Counted from the stretch's first letter, positions 36,123 through 47,791 are shown. The stretch is DNA of 64,000 nucleotides from an uncultured Gemmatimonadaceae bacterium (GCA_963829055.1 CAWHHI010000003.1:224001-288000), one strand, 5' to 3'. Translations and numbers: made by a program. Notes: a model not told the origin generated them from the letters alone.

Positions 36123-36256
36123 GGGGACTGAGGGACTGCGGGACTGGGCAACCGGCGACTGCGGGGCATTCGGTGACTCGCGCAGGGATGCTCTGACCCG
36201 CGAGCAGGCTAGCAGTCAGCTGACAGCTCCCAGCCGAGTCCCCAGCCACCAGTCCC
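36123..36256. repeat. Inverted degenerate heptamer-type arrays (GGGACTG / CAGTCCC)
   Basis: GGGGACTGAGGGACTGCGGGACTGGG on the left and CCCAGCCGAGTCCCCAGCCACCAGTCCC on the right. Intergenic. Confidence 0.65.
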
Positions 36257-36270
36257 GTGTTCAACGTAGT

Positions 36271-36994
36271 TCAACGCTTCAGCTGACCAGCGTACCGCCG
36301 ACTCATGGCCACCGGCTCGGCTGCACCCGCGAAGATACAGCCGATAGCTGAAGTGCGACCACTCCTCCACCCGCTCGACGTACTCGAGGTTCACGATCGT
36401 CGAGCGATGCACGCGCGCGAACGCCGTTCTCCGGCAGCCGCGCCAGCCAGTCGCGCAGCGATTTGCGCGCGCGGTGCGTGCGACCCGTCGCCGAGTCGCA
36501 CCACCGAGTAGTCCCCGTCCGACGCTGATCGACACGATGTCCGCGACCTTCACGAACCCCATCCGGTCGTCGAGCCGCAGAAACAGTCGGTCCTGGTAGT
36601 CGAGCCGAGTCGGCGCCGGTGCGTCGCCGAGTCGATCGTTAGGCGTGCCCAGCCGCTCCACGGCGCGCGCCAGGCGGGCCGGCGCCACCGGCTTGAGCAG
36701 GTAGTCGAGCGCGTTCACCTCGAACGCGCGCACGGCGTACTGATCGAACGCCGTCACGAACACCACCGCCACGGACGGATCGATGAGCGTCAGCAGCTCG
36801 AGCCCCGACTCGCCCGCGAGCTGCACGTCGAGGAACACGACGTCCGCGTCACACGTCCGCACCAGCTCGGCCGCCGCACGCACGCTCTCCGCCTCCGCCA
36901 CCACGCGCACCGCCGACGCGTGCGCCTCCTCGAGCATCGCGCGGAGCTCGCGGCGCGCGAGACGCTCGTCGTCGACGATGATCGCGTTGCGCAC
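36271..36994 (-). CDS. LytTR family response regulator (frameshifted)
   Basis: IIVDDERLAR, VFLDVQL, FVTAFDQYAVRAFEVNALDYLLKP, FARVHRSTIVNL, MSRRY. Confidence 0.92.
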
Positions 36995-37009
36995 GACGGG
37001 CAGTCGACG

Positions 37010-38149
37010 TTAGGCCTGAGACGTACGCGCAGGCGATGCTCGCCCGACGCGCGCCGGCAGCTCCACCACGCGCGCGCACCCAGCCCTGCTCGTCCGTCAG
37101 CTCGAACCGGTGCCGGCCCGGGAACAGCCGCACCAGCCGCTCCCGCACGTTCCGCACGCCGATCCCGGTCCGCCCGCGTTAGGCGCGCCTCGCCCGACTC
37201 GGCGCCACGCGACCGATGGCGCGGACGCGAGCGACCCCGTGTTCCACACCTCGACCCGCAGCACGCCGTCCGTCACGGCCGCGCGTCGAGACGCACGCGC
37301 AGCGGGCCGTCCCGGCATCTCGCGCGCCGTGCTTGATCGCGTTCTCCAGCAGCGGATGAATCAGAAATGCCGGGATCGCGCACGACTCCGCCGCCGGATC
37401 CACGTGCGTCTCGATCGCGAGCCGCTCCTCGAACCGGATCTGCTCGATCGCGAGATACCCGCGCAGCGCGTCGAGCTCGGCCGCGAGCGTCGTCGTCTCG
37501 AGCGCGCGCTCGACGAGCGCGTGCCGGAGAAACGCCGCGAGCTGCGTGACCATCTGCCGCGCGCGCGCGCGATCCTCGTCGATCATCGCGCGGATGGACG
37601 TCAGCGCGTTGAACAGGAAGTGCGGGTTGAGCTGGTACGCGAGCATCTGCAGCTGCGCTTCCTGCGCGAGTCGCCGAGCCTCCGTCGCCTCGCGCTCGCG
37701 CTCCTGCGACCGTCGCCAGACGAGCACGCCGAAGTACGCCGCGCTCCACACGAGAAACGCGAACACGAACTCCAGGATCGAGCGCGGCATCGATCGTCGG
37801 CTCGAGGAAGATCGCGAACGACGGCTGGAGCCCGACGCCGACCATGATCGCCGCGTGCAGCGAAGTAGCCGACGAACCCCGCCGCGACCGACGCGACCAG
37901 CGCGATCGCCGCGACGCGCCCGCTCACCTCGGGCTCCGTCACGACGCGCCGATACAGCCAGAGGAGCCCGAGGCTCACCACGATGCCGACGAGCGCGCGG
38001 AGCTCCTTGTTCACGAACACCGCGAGCCGGCGACCCGGCTCCATCGATGGCAGGAACGTCAGGAACAGGCTCGACGCGTAGGCCGTCCACCCGCCGATCT
38101 GCGCGAGCCAGAACCCGGCACGAGACGAGAGTGCCCGCACGGCGCCCAA
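37010..38149 (-). CDS. LytS/YehU-type membrane sensor histidine kinase (frameshifted)
   Basis: YQLNPHFLFNALTSI, YLAIEQIRFEERL, PLLENAIKHG, GIGVRNVRERL; N-terminal TM helices. The probable TAA stop lies inside the CCTAACG copy at 37008-37014. Confidence 0.9.
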
Positions 38150-38150
38150 C

Positions 38151-38626
38151 TTACTTCTTCTTCAGCTCGACGTATGAAGATCTTGTTGATGATCTTCCAC
38201 TCGCCGTTCGTCTTGAGCAGCGACATGTAGTCGACGATGTGCGCGTCCGGATAGTCGAGCACGATCTTTCCGATCGCCGCGTTGCCGGTGACGTCGACGA
38301 TCTCGATGCTGCGCTTCCGGACCCCGGTCGCCTCGTCGGCCGCTGGCTTGCCCGGCATCCGCGCGATGTATTCGTCGACGGTTCGCGTCGCGAGCGTGTC
38401 CGCGCTCGACCAGAAGAGCCGCGCCGGCGGGGTTGAAGGCGAGACGCATGTGCGCGCCGTCGCCCGTCGCGTGCCCCTGGATGTAGTGCTCGAGCGCGGC
38501 GCGAACAGCGACTTCGTCGGGTGTCGGCGCGGACATCCAGGCACCGCCAGCGAACAGCGCGGCCGCAACGGCGGCGCAGAGAACGCGTCGCGACGAAAGA
38601 CCCTTTCCGGTCAGGACAGACGACAT
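38151..38626 (-). CDS. Secreted NTF2-like (lumazine-binding-2 type) protein (frameshift near 38430)
   Basis: AVRAALEHYIQGHATGD, IEIVDVTGNAAIGKI, DYMSLLKTNGEWKIINKIF. Confidence 0.8.
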
Positions 38627-38743
38627 GGACCAGCCTCCGATCGAGTTCGGACCATGCCCGGCGGCCGAGCGTCCGGCGCGTTATGGGCGATGGTGGAGGC
38701 GAACGATCGGGGTCGCGTCGGCTCTGACGAAATAGATTCTCGC

Positions 38744-38795
38744 CCGAGCGGTGGCATCGTCGCGCCGAGCGGTTGGCACGAGCGCCGAGTGGTTT
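38744..38795 (-). promoter_or_regulatory. Putative LytTR operator: three direct repeats CCGAG(C/T)GGT
   Basis: Copies start at 38744, 38765 and 38785 (21 and 20 bp period), upstream of the NTF2-HK-LytTR operon. Confidence 0.6.
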
Positions 38796-38984
38796 ACGCC
38801 TATACGGCTGGACGAGTGTCCGGTTTGATGCTCGGCGAGCCGTTTCTGGGTAGGGCACGACCCTTCGGTCGTGCAACGCTCGCGTGATCGACGCCAACAT
38901 CCGCGGCTTCCGGGTTCCAGTCTGGTGTCCGATATTCGTGCGCCGCCGCGGCTGACCCAAACGAAATCGAGTAAGGAGAGGACA

Positions 38985-40359
38985 ATGACAACTAATGCGC
39001 ACTGCAGGTCTCTCGGGCCCGTCATTCGGCAGCGGGACTCAGCGGGACCGTCATCCGTCGCGGCGACGCCGACTACGATCAGGCACGCCGCGTGTGGAAC
39101 GGGATGATCGATCGTTCGCCGGCGATGATCGTGCGCTGCAGCGTCCACCGCCGATGTCGTGGCGGCCGTCAACTTCGCGCGCGAGGCAGGGCCTCGTGCT
39201 CTCCGTCCGCGGCGGCGGTCATAACGCGGCGGGCTTCGCGCGTCGTGCGACGACGGTCTCGTCATCGACCTGTCGTCCATGCGCGCGTGACGGTCGACCC
39301 CGGCGAGCGAATCGCGTCCGCGCAGGGCGGCGCGCTGTGGCGCGACCTCGACGCGGCGACGCACGCGCACGGCCTCGCGACGACGGGCGGCGTCATCTCG
39401 AGCACCGGCGTCGGCGGCCTAACGCTTAGGCGGCGGTCTCGGCTGGCTCATGCGCAGCACGGCCTGGCATGCGACAACGCTCGTCGCCGTGGAGATCGTG
39501 ACGGCCGACGGCACCGTCCGGCGCGCCAGCGCGACCGAGAACGCGGATCTGTTCTGGGCGGTTCGCGGCGGCGGCGGCAACTTCGGCGTCGTCACGACGT
39601 TCGAGTTCCGGCTGCACCCCATGAGCACGCTGTACGGCGGCATGCTCGTGTATCCCGGTCGCGCGAGCGCCGCGAGGTGCTTCGCCGTACCGCGACCTGG
39701 CGGCGAAGGCGCCCGACGAGCTGACGATGTTCGCCGGCCTCATGACGTCACCCGATGGCACGCCCATCATGGCGGTCCTCGTCGCGCTACAACGGCCCAG
39801 CCAGCGCCGGCGAGGCGGCGATCAAGCCGCTGCGCGACCTCGGTCCGGTGGCCGATCAGGTGTCGGACGATCCCGTACCCGGCGCTGAAGTCGATGCTCG
39901 ACGACGGGTTCCCGTCACGGATTGCACGTCTACTGGCGCTCCGACTTCCTGAAAGGCGCTGCCTGACGAGGCGATCGACACGCTGGTGCGAGCGGTTCTC
40001 GTCGATCACGTCACCGCTCTCGGCTCTGTTGATCGAGCAGTTCGGCGGCGCGGTCGCCCGCGTGCCGGCCGACGAGACGGCGTTCGCGCAGCGCGATGCG
40101 ATGTTCAACCTCGCGGTCATTGCGCGCTGGACTGATCCCGCGACGGCCGGTTCGCACGTGGACTGGGCGCGCCGGAGCGAGCGAGGCGATGCGTCCCTTC
40201 GCGTCGGGCGGGGTGTACGTGAACTACCTCGGCGACGAGGGCGAGGAGCGTATCCGGGCTGCGTACGGCGCCGAGAAGTACGCGAAGCTCGTGGCGATCA
40301 AGAAGCAGTACGATCCGACGAACCTGTTCCGGCTCAATCAGAACATCAAGCCGTCGTGA
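38985..40359 (+). CDS. FAD-binding oxidoreductase (FAD_binding_4 + BBE), frameshifted
   Basis: RVWNGMIDRSPA, VRGGGHN, TGVGGLTL, DLFWAVRGGGGNFGVVT, YVNYL, KKQYDPTNLFRLNQNI. AAGGAG RBS. Confidence 0.9.
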
Positions 40360-40387
40360 TGGGAGGCGCGGGAGCGCGTTAGGTACA

Positions 40388-40516
40388 CGTCATCCCGAGC
40401 GTCAGCTGTGGTCATCCCGAGCGTCAGCGAGGGACCTTGTGTGATGTCATCGTAGCAAGTCTGGCCACGAGTACGTCACAGAAGGTCCCTCGTCGCTGGC
40501 GCTCCTCGGGATGACA
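40388..40516. repeat. REP-like palindromic element (GTCATCCCGAG...CTCGGGATGAC)
   Basis: Terminal inverted repeats plus inner CGAGGGACCTT/AAGGTCCCTCG arms. The left end is duplicated. Confidence 0.85.
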
Positions 40517-40725
40517 GTGGGCCGACGTTAGGCACCGGGGGAAACGGCTAGAAGTCAGGATGCTGTTCGCATATCAGCGGGGAGGCCCTCTACGGGGTCT
40601 CCCCGCTGGCCGTTCGTCCGCGCGAACCCTACGTTCTTGAGGGACCAAGAGAGCGCCATGGTCGGCGCAACGAGCCCGCCCCGCACCAGTATTCTCCCAG
40701 AGACTTCATGATCAGAGGTCGTGCC

Positions 40726-43700
40726 ATGCTGAACCGGCGCATCCGCCTCGCGCTCCGTTCGATCGTTCCCCTGGCCCTCGGCGCCGCTACGGCGCTCCCG
40801 GCCCAACAGCCCGCCGCACGACCAGTCGCGACGCGAACGGCTGCGGCCGCCAACAGCGCCACTCGCGCGGCCCCGTTCACGGCGCCGATCGACCTCGCAA
40901 TGCTGTCCGGGCTTCGCTACCGAAGCATCGGGCCGGCCCGCGGCGGACGCGTCACGACCGTCACCGGCGTGCCGTCGCAGCCTTACACGTTCTACATGGG
41001 CTCGACCGGCGGCGGCGTGTGGAAGACGATCGACGCCGGCCAGACGCTGGGTCGAACGTCACCGACGGGCAGATCGGCGTCGGGTCGATGGGCGCGATCG
41101 ACGTGTCGCAGTCCGACCCCAACACGATCTACATCGGCACCGGCTCCGATGGCCTCCGCTCGAACGTCTCGATCGGCGACGGCGTCTACAAGTCCAGCGA
41201 CGCCGGAAAGACCTGGACGCACATCGGACTCACGCGACGTCGGGCAACATCGGCGGCGTTCGCGTGCATCCGTCGAACCCGGACATCGCGTTCGTCGCGG
41301 CCATCGGCAACCCGTTCAAGCCTAACGCCGACCGCGGCGTCTTCCGCACGAAGGACGGCGGCAAGACGTGGCAGAAGGTGCTGTTCGTGTCGGACAGCAC
41401 CGGCGCGGTGGACGTCGAGTTCCAGCCCGGCAACCCGAACGTCATGTTCGCCGCCATGTGGCGCGGCGAGCGCAAGCCGTGGACGATCATCTCCGGCGCG
41501 CGCGAGGGCGGCATCTACCGCAGCACCGATGGCGGCGACACCTGGACGAAGGTCACGAACGGTCTACCTAACGAGCTCGTCGGCAAGGCGAACATCGCCG
41601 TCTCGAACGCGAACCCGAACCGCGTCTATGTCCTGATCGAGGCGAAGCCCGGCAGCGGGCTCTATCGCTCCGACGACGGCGGCCAGTCGTTCCAGGTCGC
41701 CAGCACGTTCGCGCAGATCATCACGCGGCCCTTCTACTACACGACGATCACCGCCGATCCGAAGAATGCCGACGTCGTGTACGCCGGCTCCGAGGGATAC
41801 TTCCGCTCGAGCGGATGCCGGAAAGACGTGGCAGCCCATGCGCGTCCCGCACGGCGACAATCACGACATGTGGATCAATCCGAACAACTCGGACATCATG
41901 ATCCAGTCGAACGACGGCGGCGCGAACGTGTCGATCAACGGCGGCCGCACGTGGAGCACGCAGTACAATCAGCCGACGGCCGAGATCTATCAGGTGTACG
42001 TGGACAACCAGTTCCCGTATCGGCTGTACGGCGCGCAGCAGGACAACTCCACGCTCATCGTGCCGAGCCTGCCGACGTCCGGCGGACGCCCGGATGACCC
42101 GATCCAGTCGTGGCGCACCGGCCCGGGCTGCGAGACCGGTCCCATCACGCCGCACAACGACGAATCCCGGACACGGTCTACGGCTCGTGCAAGGGACAGT
42201 TCTCGCGCATGGCCTGCGCACCGGGCAGGAGAAGCAGTACTGGGTCGGCGCGCAGTCGCTGTACGGCAACCCGGGCAAGGACCTCATCTACCGCTTCCAG
42301 CGCGTGTCGCCGATGGAGCTGTCGCCGAACGATCCGCGCACGATCTACTACGGCTCGCAGTACGTCCACCGCACGCGCGACGAAGGCGTGACGTGGGAGA
42401 AGATCTCACCGGACCTCACGGCGAACGACCCGAAGTATCAGGACAAGCCCTCGGGCGAGCCGATCACGATCGACGTCACCGGCGAGGAGTACTACAGCGT
42501 CATCTACGCGATCGAGGAGTCGCCGCTCGAGCCGGGCGTGATCTGGACCGGCTCGAACGACGGGCCGTTCTACGTCACGCGCGACAACGGCAAGTCGTGG
42601 ACGAACGTCACGCCGAAGAATCAGCCGCCTGGCTGCCGCGTGCAGAGCATCGACCCGTCGCCGCATCGCCGAGGCTCGGCGTACTACTCGGTGCTGTGCT
42701 ACCAGCTCGGCGACTTCCAGCCGTACATCTGGCGCACGGATGACTACGGCAAGACGTGGACGCGCCTGACGGACGGCACGAACGGCATCCCGAACAACCA
42801 GCCGACGCGCGTGGCGCGCGAGGATCCCGACCGCGAGGGGTTGCTCTACGCGGGGACGGAGTTCGGGATGTTCGTGTCGTTCGACAACGGCAAGAAGTGG
42901 CAGTCGCTGCAGCTCAACCTGCCGGCGACGCCGATCACGGATCTCAAGATCCACAAGAAGGACCTCGTCCTGTCCACGCAGGGCCGGTCGTTCTGGATCC
43001 TGGACAACCTGACGCCGCTGCATCAGATGTCCGACGCGATCGCCGTCCGTCGGCGACGCTGTTCAAGCCACGCGACGCGTACCGGTTCCGCTACACCGCG
43101 GGCTTCGGCGGCGTCGAGTCGACGAGATCGAATCCGGCCGATCCGCAGTATCCGCCGGCCGGCGCGATGATCGACTACTGGCTGCCTAACGGCGCGACGG
43201 GGCCGGTGACGCTCGAGGTGCTCGACGGCAGCGGCACGGTGATTCGCCGGTTCTCGAGCGACGGCGCGGGCGAGCGGGAGCAGACGCCCGACCAGCCGGG
43301 CATGCGTGCGCCCGGAGATGGTCACGGTGGGCACGCCGCGTCTCCGGAACGTGCCGGGCCTCAACCGCTTCACGTGGGACCTGACGCTGGCGCCGCCGGT
43401 CGACCCGAGCCGTCAGGGCGGCGGTGGTGGCGGCTTTGGTCGCAGCCAGCGGCCCGGTCATCGTGCCGGGCAACTATACGGTGCGGCTCGCCGCCGGCGG
43501 CAAGACGATGACGCAGCCGCTCACGGTGCTCATCGATCCGCGTGAGGCGAAGGATGGCGTCACGATCGCCGACCTGCGCGAGCAGTTCCAGCACAACATG
43601 CAGCGTCCGCGACATGGTGACCGAGGTGAACCAGCTCGTGGCGACCGTCGAGAGCGCGCGCCAGCGCCTCAAGAACGCGACGGGCGCGCGGCGGACACGC

Positions 43701-43921
43701 TGCGCAAGCTCGACGAGCTGCACGCGAAGGTGGTGACGGCGGCGATCCGCTACAGCAAGCCGGAGTTGCAGGCACACATCCAGTACCTGTACTCCCTAAC
43801 GACGCAGGCGGATCAGAAGATCGGCCGCGACGCGGTGGAACGTCTGCGTGTGCTGCGCACCGAGCTGGACCAGCGCCAGTCGGATGTGCGGGCGTTGTTA
43901 GGCGCGAAGGTGGTGCAGTAG
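40726..43921 (+). CDS. Secreted BNR/Asp-box (VPS10/sortilin-like) glycosyl hydrolase-like protein (frameshifted)
   Basis: [12 protein letters not shown], repeated SxDxGxTW Asp-boxes, [37 protein letters not shown]. Confidence 0.88.
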
Positions 43922-43923
43922 GC

Positions 43924-44131
43924 GGGGACTGGGGACTGGGGACTGGAACTGCGGCTGGTTGCTGGGTGGTCGTGCTGGTTGCTGGGTGACGCTGGGTGCG
44001 GCTGCATGCAGCGAGCAGCGCGTGGCGTACCGGGCGGTAATAGCAGCAGCGGGCAGCGTGCGGCCGCAGCATGCAGCCGTCGGCAGATGTGCCCAGCGTG
44101 CAGCCGCTCCAGTCCCCAGTCCCCAGTCCCC
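43924..44131. repeat. MITE-like element: (GGGGACT)3 ... (AGTCCCC)3 terminal inverted repeats around the shared 97-bp core
   Basis: Left GGGGACTGGGGACTGGGGACTGGAACTGCGGCTG, right CAGCCGCTCCAGTCCCCAGTCCCCAGTCCCC. The core matches 19325-19421. Lies between convergent genes. Confidence 0.85.
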
Positions 44132-44140
44132 GTCCAACAG

Positions 44141-47100
44141 TCACCGATCGCCAACAACCCGATAGAACCGGACCGCCGACCGTCGATTCTCAGCGTAGCT
44201 GAGCGTCATCGACCACCCCGGTCCCGCCCGCACTTCCGACGCGAACTGACCGTTAGGCGGTAGCGCGATCCTCGTCAGGCGTCGCGTCGTCAGGTCAACG
44301 AGAACGACATCGCGCTTGTACGTCATCGACGTCGCGCGGAGTCCCGGCCCCAGCGCCACCACACCGAGGTCGCGTGACGAGAGCCTTGCGATCTCCGTCG
44401 CCACCCCCGCCGCGCTCACGGAGTAGAGCGCAGTCCCGCTCCGCCGCTGCACCGAACACGCCGCCGCCCCGCCACTCGGCTGGCCACACTGCGTGGCACC
44501 CTGGAGTGTCGCCACGTGACGCACCGTGTCGCCGTGCACCCTGAACAGATCGGTGTGGAATGCGTCTATCCCGCTGACCATCGCCCATAACGAGATCGGA
44601 GTCGCACGCAGCCGGTTCGCGATACGTCGGCACGATCACCGCCGACGCCGAGCCGAAGACGATCGGCTCACCCACCATCGAGATCGTGTCCGGTATCCCC
44701 GCGCGCCGCGTGGCGCCGTGCTCGCCGATCTTCCCCATCACGACAGCCGTCCGGTCGTTGTCGAGGTCTTCGCCGATGACGCTCCACGTCCCCGTGTCCC
44801 GCTCGAGTGTGAGACGCGGAGCCAACAGCTCGAGATCGGCGATCGTGTCGGTCCAGATGGGCGGACCGCCTCCGTCCACGCGTTCGAGTCGCAGCGCCAC
44901 GCCGCGCTCGAGGACATCGAGGAGCAACATCCGCTCGTCGTCCACGAAGTCACCGGCGACCGCCGCGAGCTCGCGTAATCCCCCTCCCCACCGACGCGGC
45001 CCGCGAGAAGCACCTGCGCGGGACGGGCGGCCGCGCGCCGCACTGACGGGGCTCTGAGCACGAGGAAGTGCTTCCCATCCGGCGACACGCGAAGCCCCTG
45101 CCCCGCACCACCGAGATCCGTCTCCGACACGAGCGCCGCCCGCGCCGTGCCCTCAGCGAGCGCCTCGCGGTGCGTCCACACCGAGCGATCCACGCCCACC
45201 GTCGCGGCAGCTGAGGCGGCGACGATGGCGGCGAAGGCTGCCTGACGACTCCGGGGTGTTTGCAGCCGTGAAGAGCGCCGCCGCAAGGCCCGCCAGCGCC
45301 GTCCCTAACGTGCCGAAGATCGGCGCGCCGACGATGGACGCCTCCGGCATCTGCACGATCTCCCACGCCGTGATGAGCGCGACGGCCGCGGCCAACGCCC
45401 CGAGCACGCGCAATGTCAGACCCAGATGATCCCGGCCGCGCCCCGCCTTCACGAGGCGACTTGCGAGGTAGATCGCGACCACGCCGAGCACCGCCATGGC
45501 CACGAGCCCGAGGCGGGCGATGTCCTCGTCGAACCCGCCGCTGCCTTCCAGCCAGCCGAGGATCGCTCGCGCGATGCTCATGGCTCCGAGCGCCGCGAAC
45601 GCGGCCGGAGCGGGTTTCCACAGCACGATGAAGAGGGGAACCAGCACGATCCCCGTCTGCCCGGCGAGCACGCTGACGAGGAACGCGATGATCGCGACGG
45701 GCTTCGGCGCGACCCTCGTCGGCGCGGGAAGGACCTTGCCCAGCTTCAGGTCGACGATATCGAGCGTGCGCTGAACGCGCGCGACGTCCTCCGCGGCGAG
45801 CGGCACGGTCCACGCGTCGCCACTCCGCGTGCGCGCGGCAATCGCCCTCGCGTCCCCCGCGGCGGTCACGCGCAACTCGGCGAGGTCGGCGTAGTTCACC
45901 GCCCGGTAGCTCGACGCGGCCTCGCGCAGCGTCGCCAGATCGGCGGCGGTTCCCTCCGGCACGCCGTCGAGCCAGTACGAGCGCGCGTGGTCCAGCACGA
46001 CCCAGCTGCCGGGTCGCGTCGAGCGGATCGCCGTCGCCGCGTCGAGTTGTTCGGTGGCGCTGGGAGCGCCCGCGCGAATGGCCTGAATGCGCCGGACCAG
46101 GCTCGGGTGCGTCGACGCCCGCTCCATGTCCACCGCATAACGACGCGGGATGCGGGCGTGCAGATGCAGTTTCACGAGGGCGCGCACCAGCGCTTCCGGA
46201 TCGCCGGACAGCGCGGCCGCACGCAGGTCGCTCTCCGTCTCGTGCTGCTGGCTCTTCGCCGCGCGACGAACGAGCGCCGTGAGCACGAGCAGAGGCCACA
46301 GCCACCCGATCCACCCCTCGGCCGATCCGACCTGCGCCGCCGGCATAACGAGTGGCAGCACGAGCGGCAGCGACACCCCGATGCCGATGAGGGCCCGGTT
46401 GATGAGTTGCGAGCGCCTGACGCGGCGGGGCGTCAAATGGTCGAAGTGCGCGATCTCGTGCGCGAAGATCGCCGTCGCCTCGTCGGCGTCCAGAAGCTCG
46501 AGCAGTGCCGTGCCCAGGGCGACGGACGGCTGACGGACCGACGGCAGCGCCACCGCGTTCACGAACCGCGATCCTTTGGGTCCCACGCGATACACTCGGG
46601 GAGTGACTGTGCCCGCTCGCCGGACGATCTCCTCGAACCTCGGCGTGAGCTCGGGGCTCACGAGCGGCTCGCCCGCGTGCGCCCAGAGCCAGATGCGCGG
46701 ATACCACATCTCCCACGCGATCAACAGCGCGGCGAGCGCCGTCGCCAGCACCACGGCGAGCCAACGCCGCTCCCCGCCCATGCCTTCCATAACGCGGCGC
46801 ACGAGACTCGGCGCGTACGCGAGCGCGATCCAGAAGCCGAAACCGCCCGCCACGGAGATCGCCGTGTGCCAGAGGTAGGCGCCAAACCCCCACGTTTCGC
46901 CGAGCAGACGCGTACGCAGCGGATACGCGACCGCGATCATCGAGACGATGAGCAGGGGAATCCCCCACGCCGAGCTCGCGCCGCCGAACATGATCATGAC
47001 GACGATGGCGAACGCGATGGTCGCACGTTCGCGCGACGGCGGCTGGCCAGCAGCTCGGGCAGTGCCGGGTCGTCGCGCTGCTGCAGGGCGCGCCGGTCGC

Positions 47101-47194
47101 TCCACCAGGCGAGCAGCGCCGGCATGAGCGCCGCGAACGCCGTCAGCGTCGGGCGGACCGGGAATGCGCCGTCCAGGAAGGGTATTGGGATCAT
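44141..47194 (-). CDS. M48 family membrane Zn metalloprotease with long C-terminal TM and soluble extension (frameshifted)
   Basis: NAVAL, AIFAHEIAH, ETESDLRAA, ALVKL, STHPSLVRRI. Further TM helices and a beta-rich tail are spread over ORFs 44738, 44295 and 44141. Confidence 0.8.
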
Positions 47195-47430
47195 TTAACG
47201 CCTGTGACGCGAGGCATCGGCTTGCTGGCGCATAACGACAGCGAAGGACCGTTGCTGACGAATGATGCCACGGAACGTTGCGTCCGAACGTTTCTGAACG
47301 TTGCGGATGGCTCCCGCGTTATGACAAGGACCGCCTTGTCGTCGCGACCCGAGTCGATGGCTTTCTAAACGTCAGGTTAACGACGAACGGTCAGGAATCG
47401 TCTGGTGCCCGTTAGGCTGTTAGGCAGATG

Positions 47431-47459
47431 TTGGACATAACGCCAAACCACACTATCTT
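47431..47459 (+). promoter_or_regulatory. Putative sigma70-type promoter for a leaderless transcript
   Basis: TTGGAC (47431-36), 17-bp spacer, TATCTT (47454-59), then ATG at 47467 with no Shine-Dalgarno. Confidence 0.6.
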
Positions 47460-47466
47460 AGAGCCC

Positions 47467-47769
47467 ATGGCTACCACAACTGCTCGCAAGCGTGCCGCGT
47501 CAGGCGGCGCCAAGCGTCCCGGCATCAGCCGGATCGACCAGGAGTCCACTCGCACCCACGGCTTCTTCGCGCGCTTCGGCTATGCGCGTGACAAGAGCGG
47601 CACGTGGCGTCCAAAGCACCGCGCGTTCTTCGGCGATGCGAGCCACGGCAGCAAGCGCAAAGCGCTCGAGGCCGCGGAAGCCTGGCTCGGGAAGATCGAG
47701 CGTGCTGAGAAGCGCGCGGGCGGCGCAGCAAAGCCGGCCGCGAAGAAAGCAGCAGCGAAGAAGAAGTAG
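47467..47769 (+). CDS. Small basic AP2-like DNA-binding protein with Lys/Ala-rich tail
   Basis: GISRID..HGFFARF..KHRAFFGDASHGSKRKALEAAEAWL resembles the AP2 three-strand-plus-helix pattern. Tail is AAKPAAKKAAAKKK. 100 aa, intact. Confidence 0.7.
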   Translation: MATTTARKRAASGGAKRPGISRIDQESTRTHGFFARFGYARDKSGTWRPKHRAFFGDASHGSKRKALEAAEAWLGKIERAEKRAGGAAKPAAKKAAAKKK

Positions 47770-47791
47770 CACTTTCCTCGCTGACCGGCCG

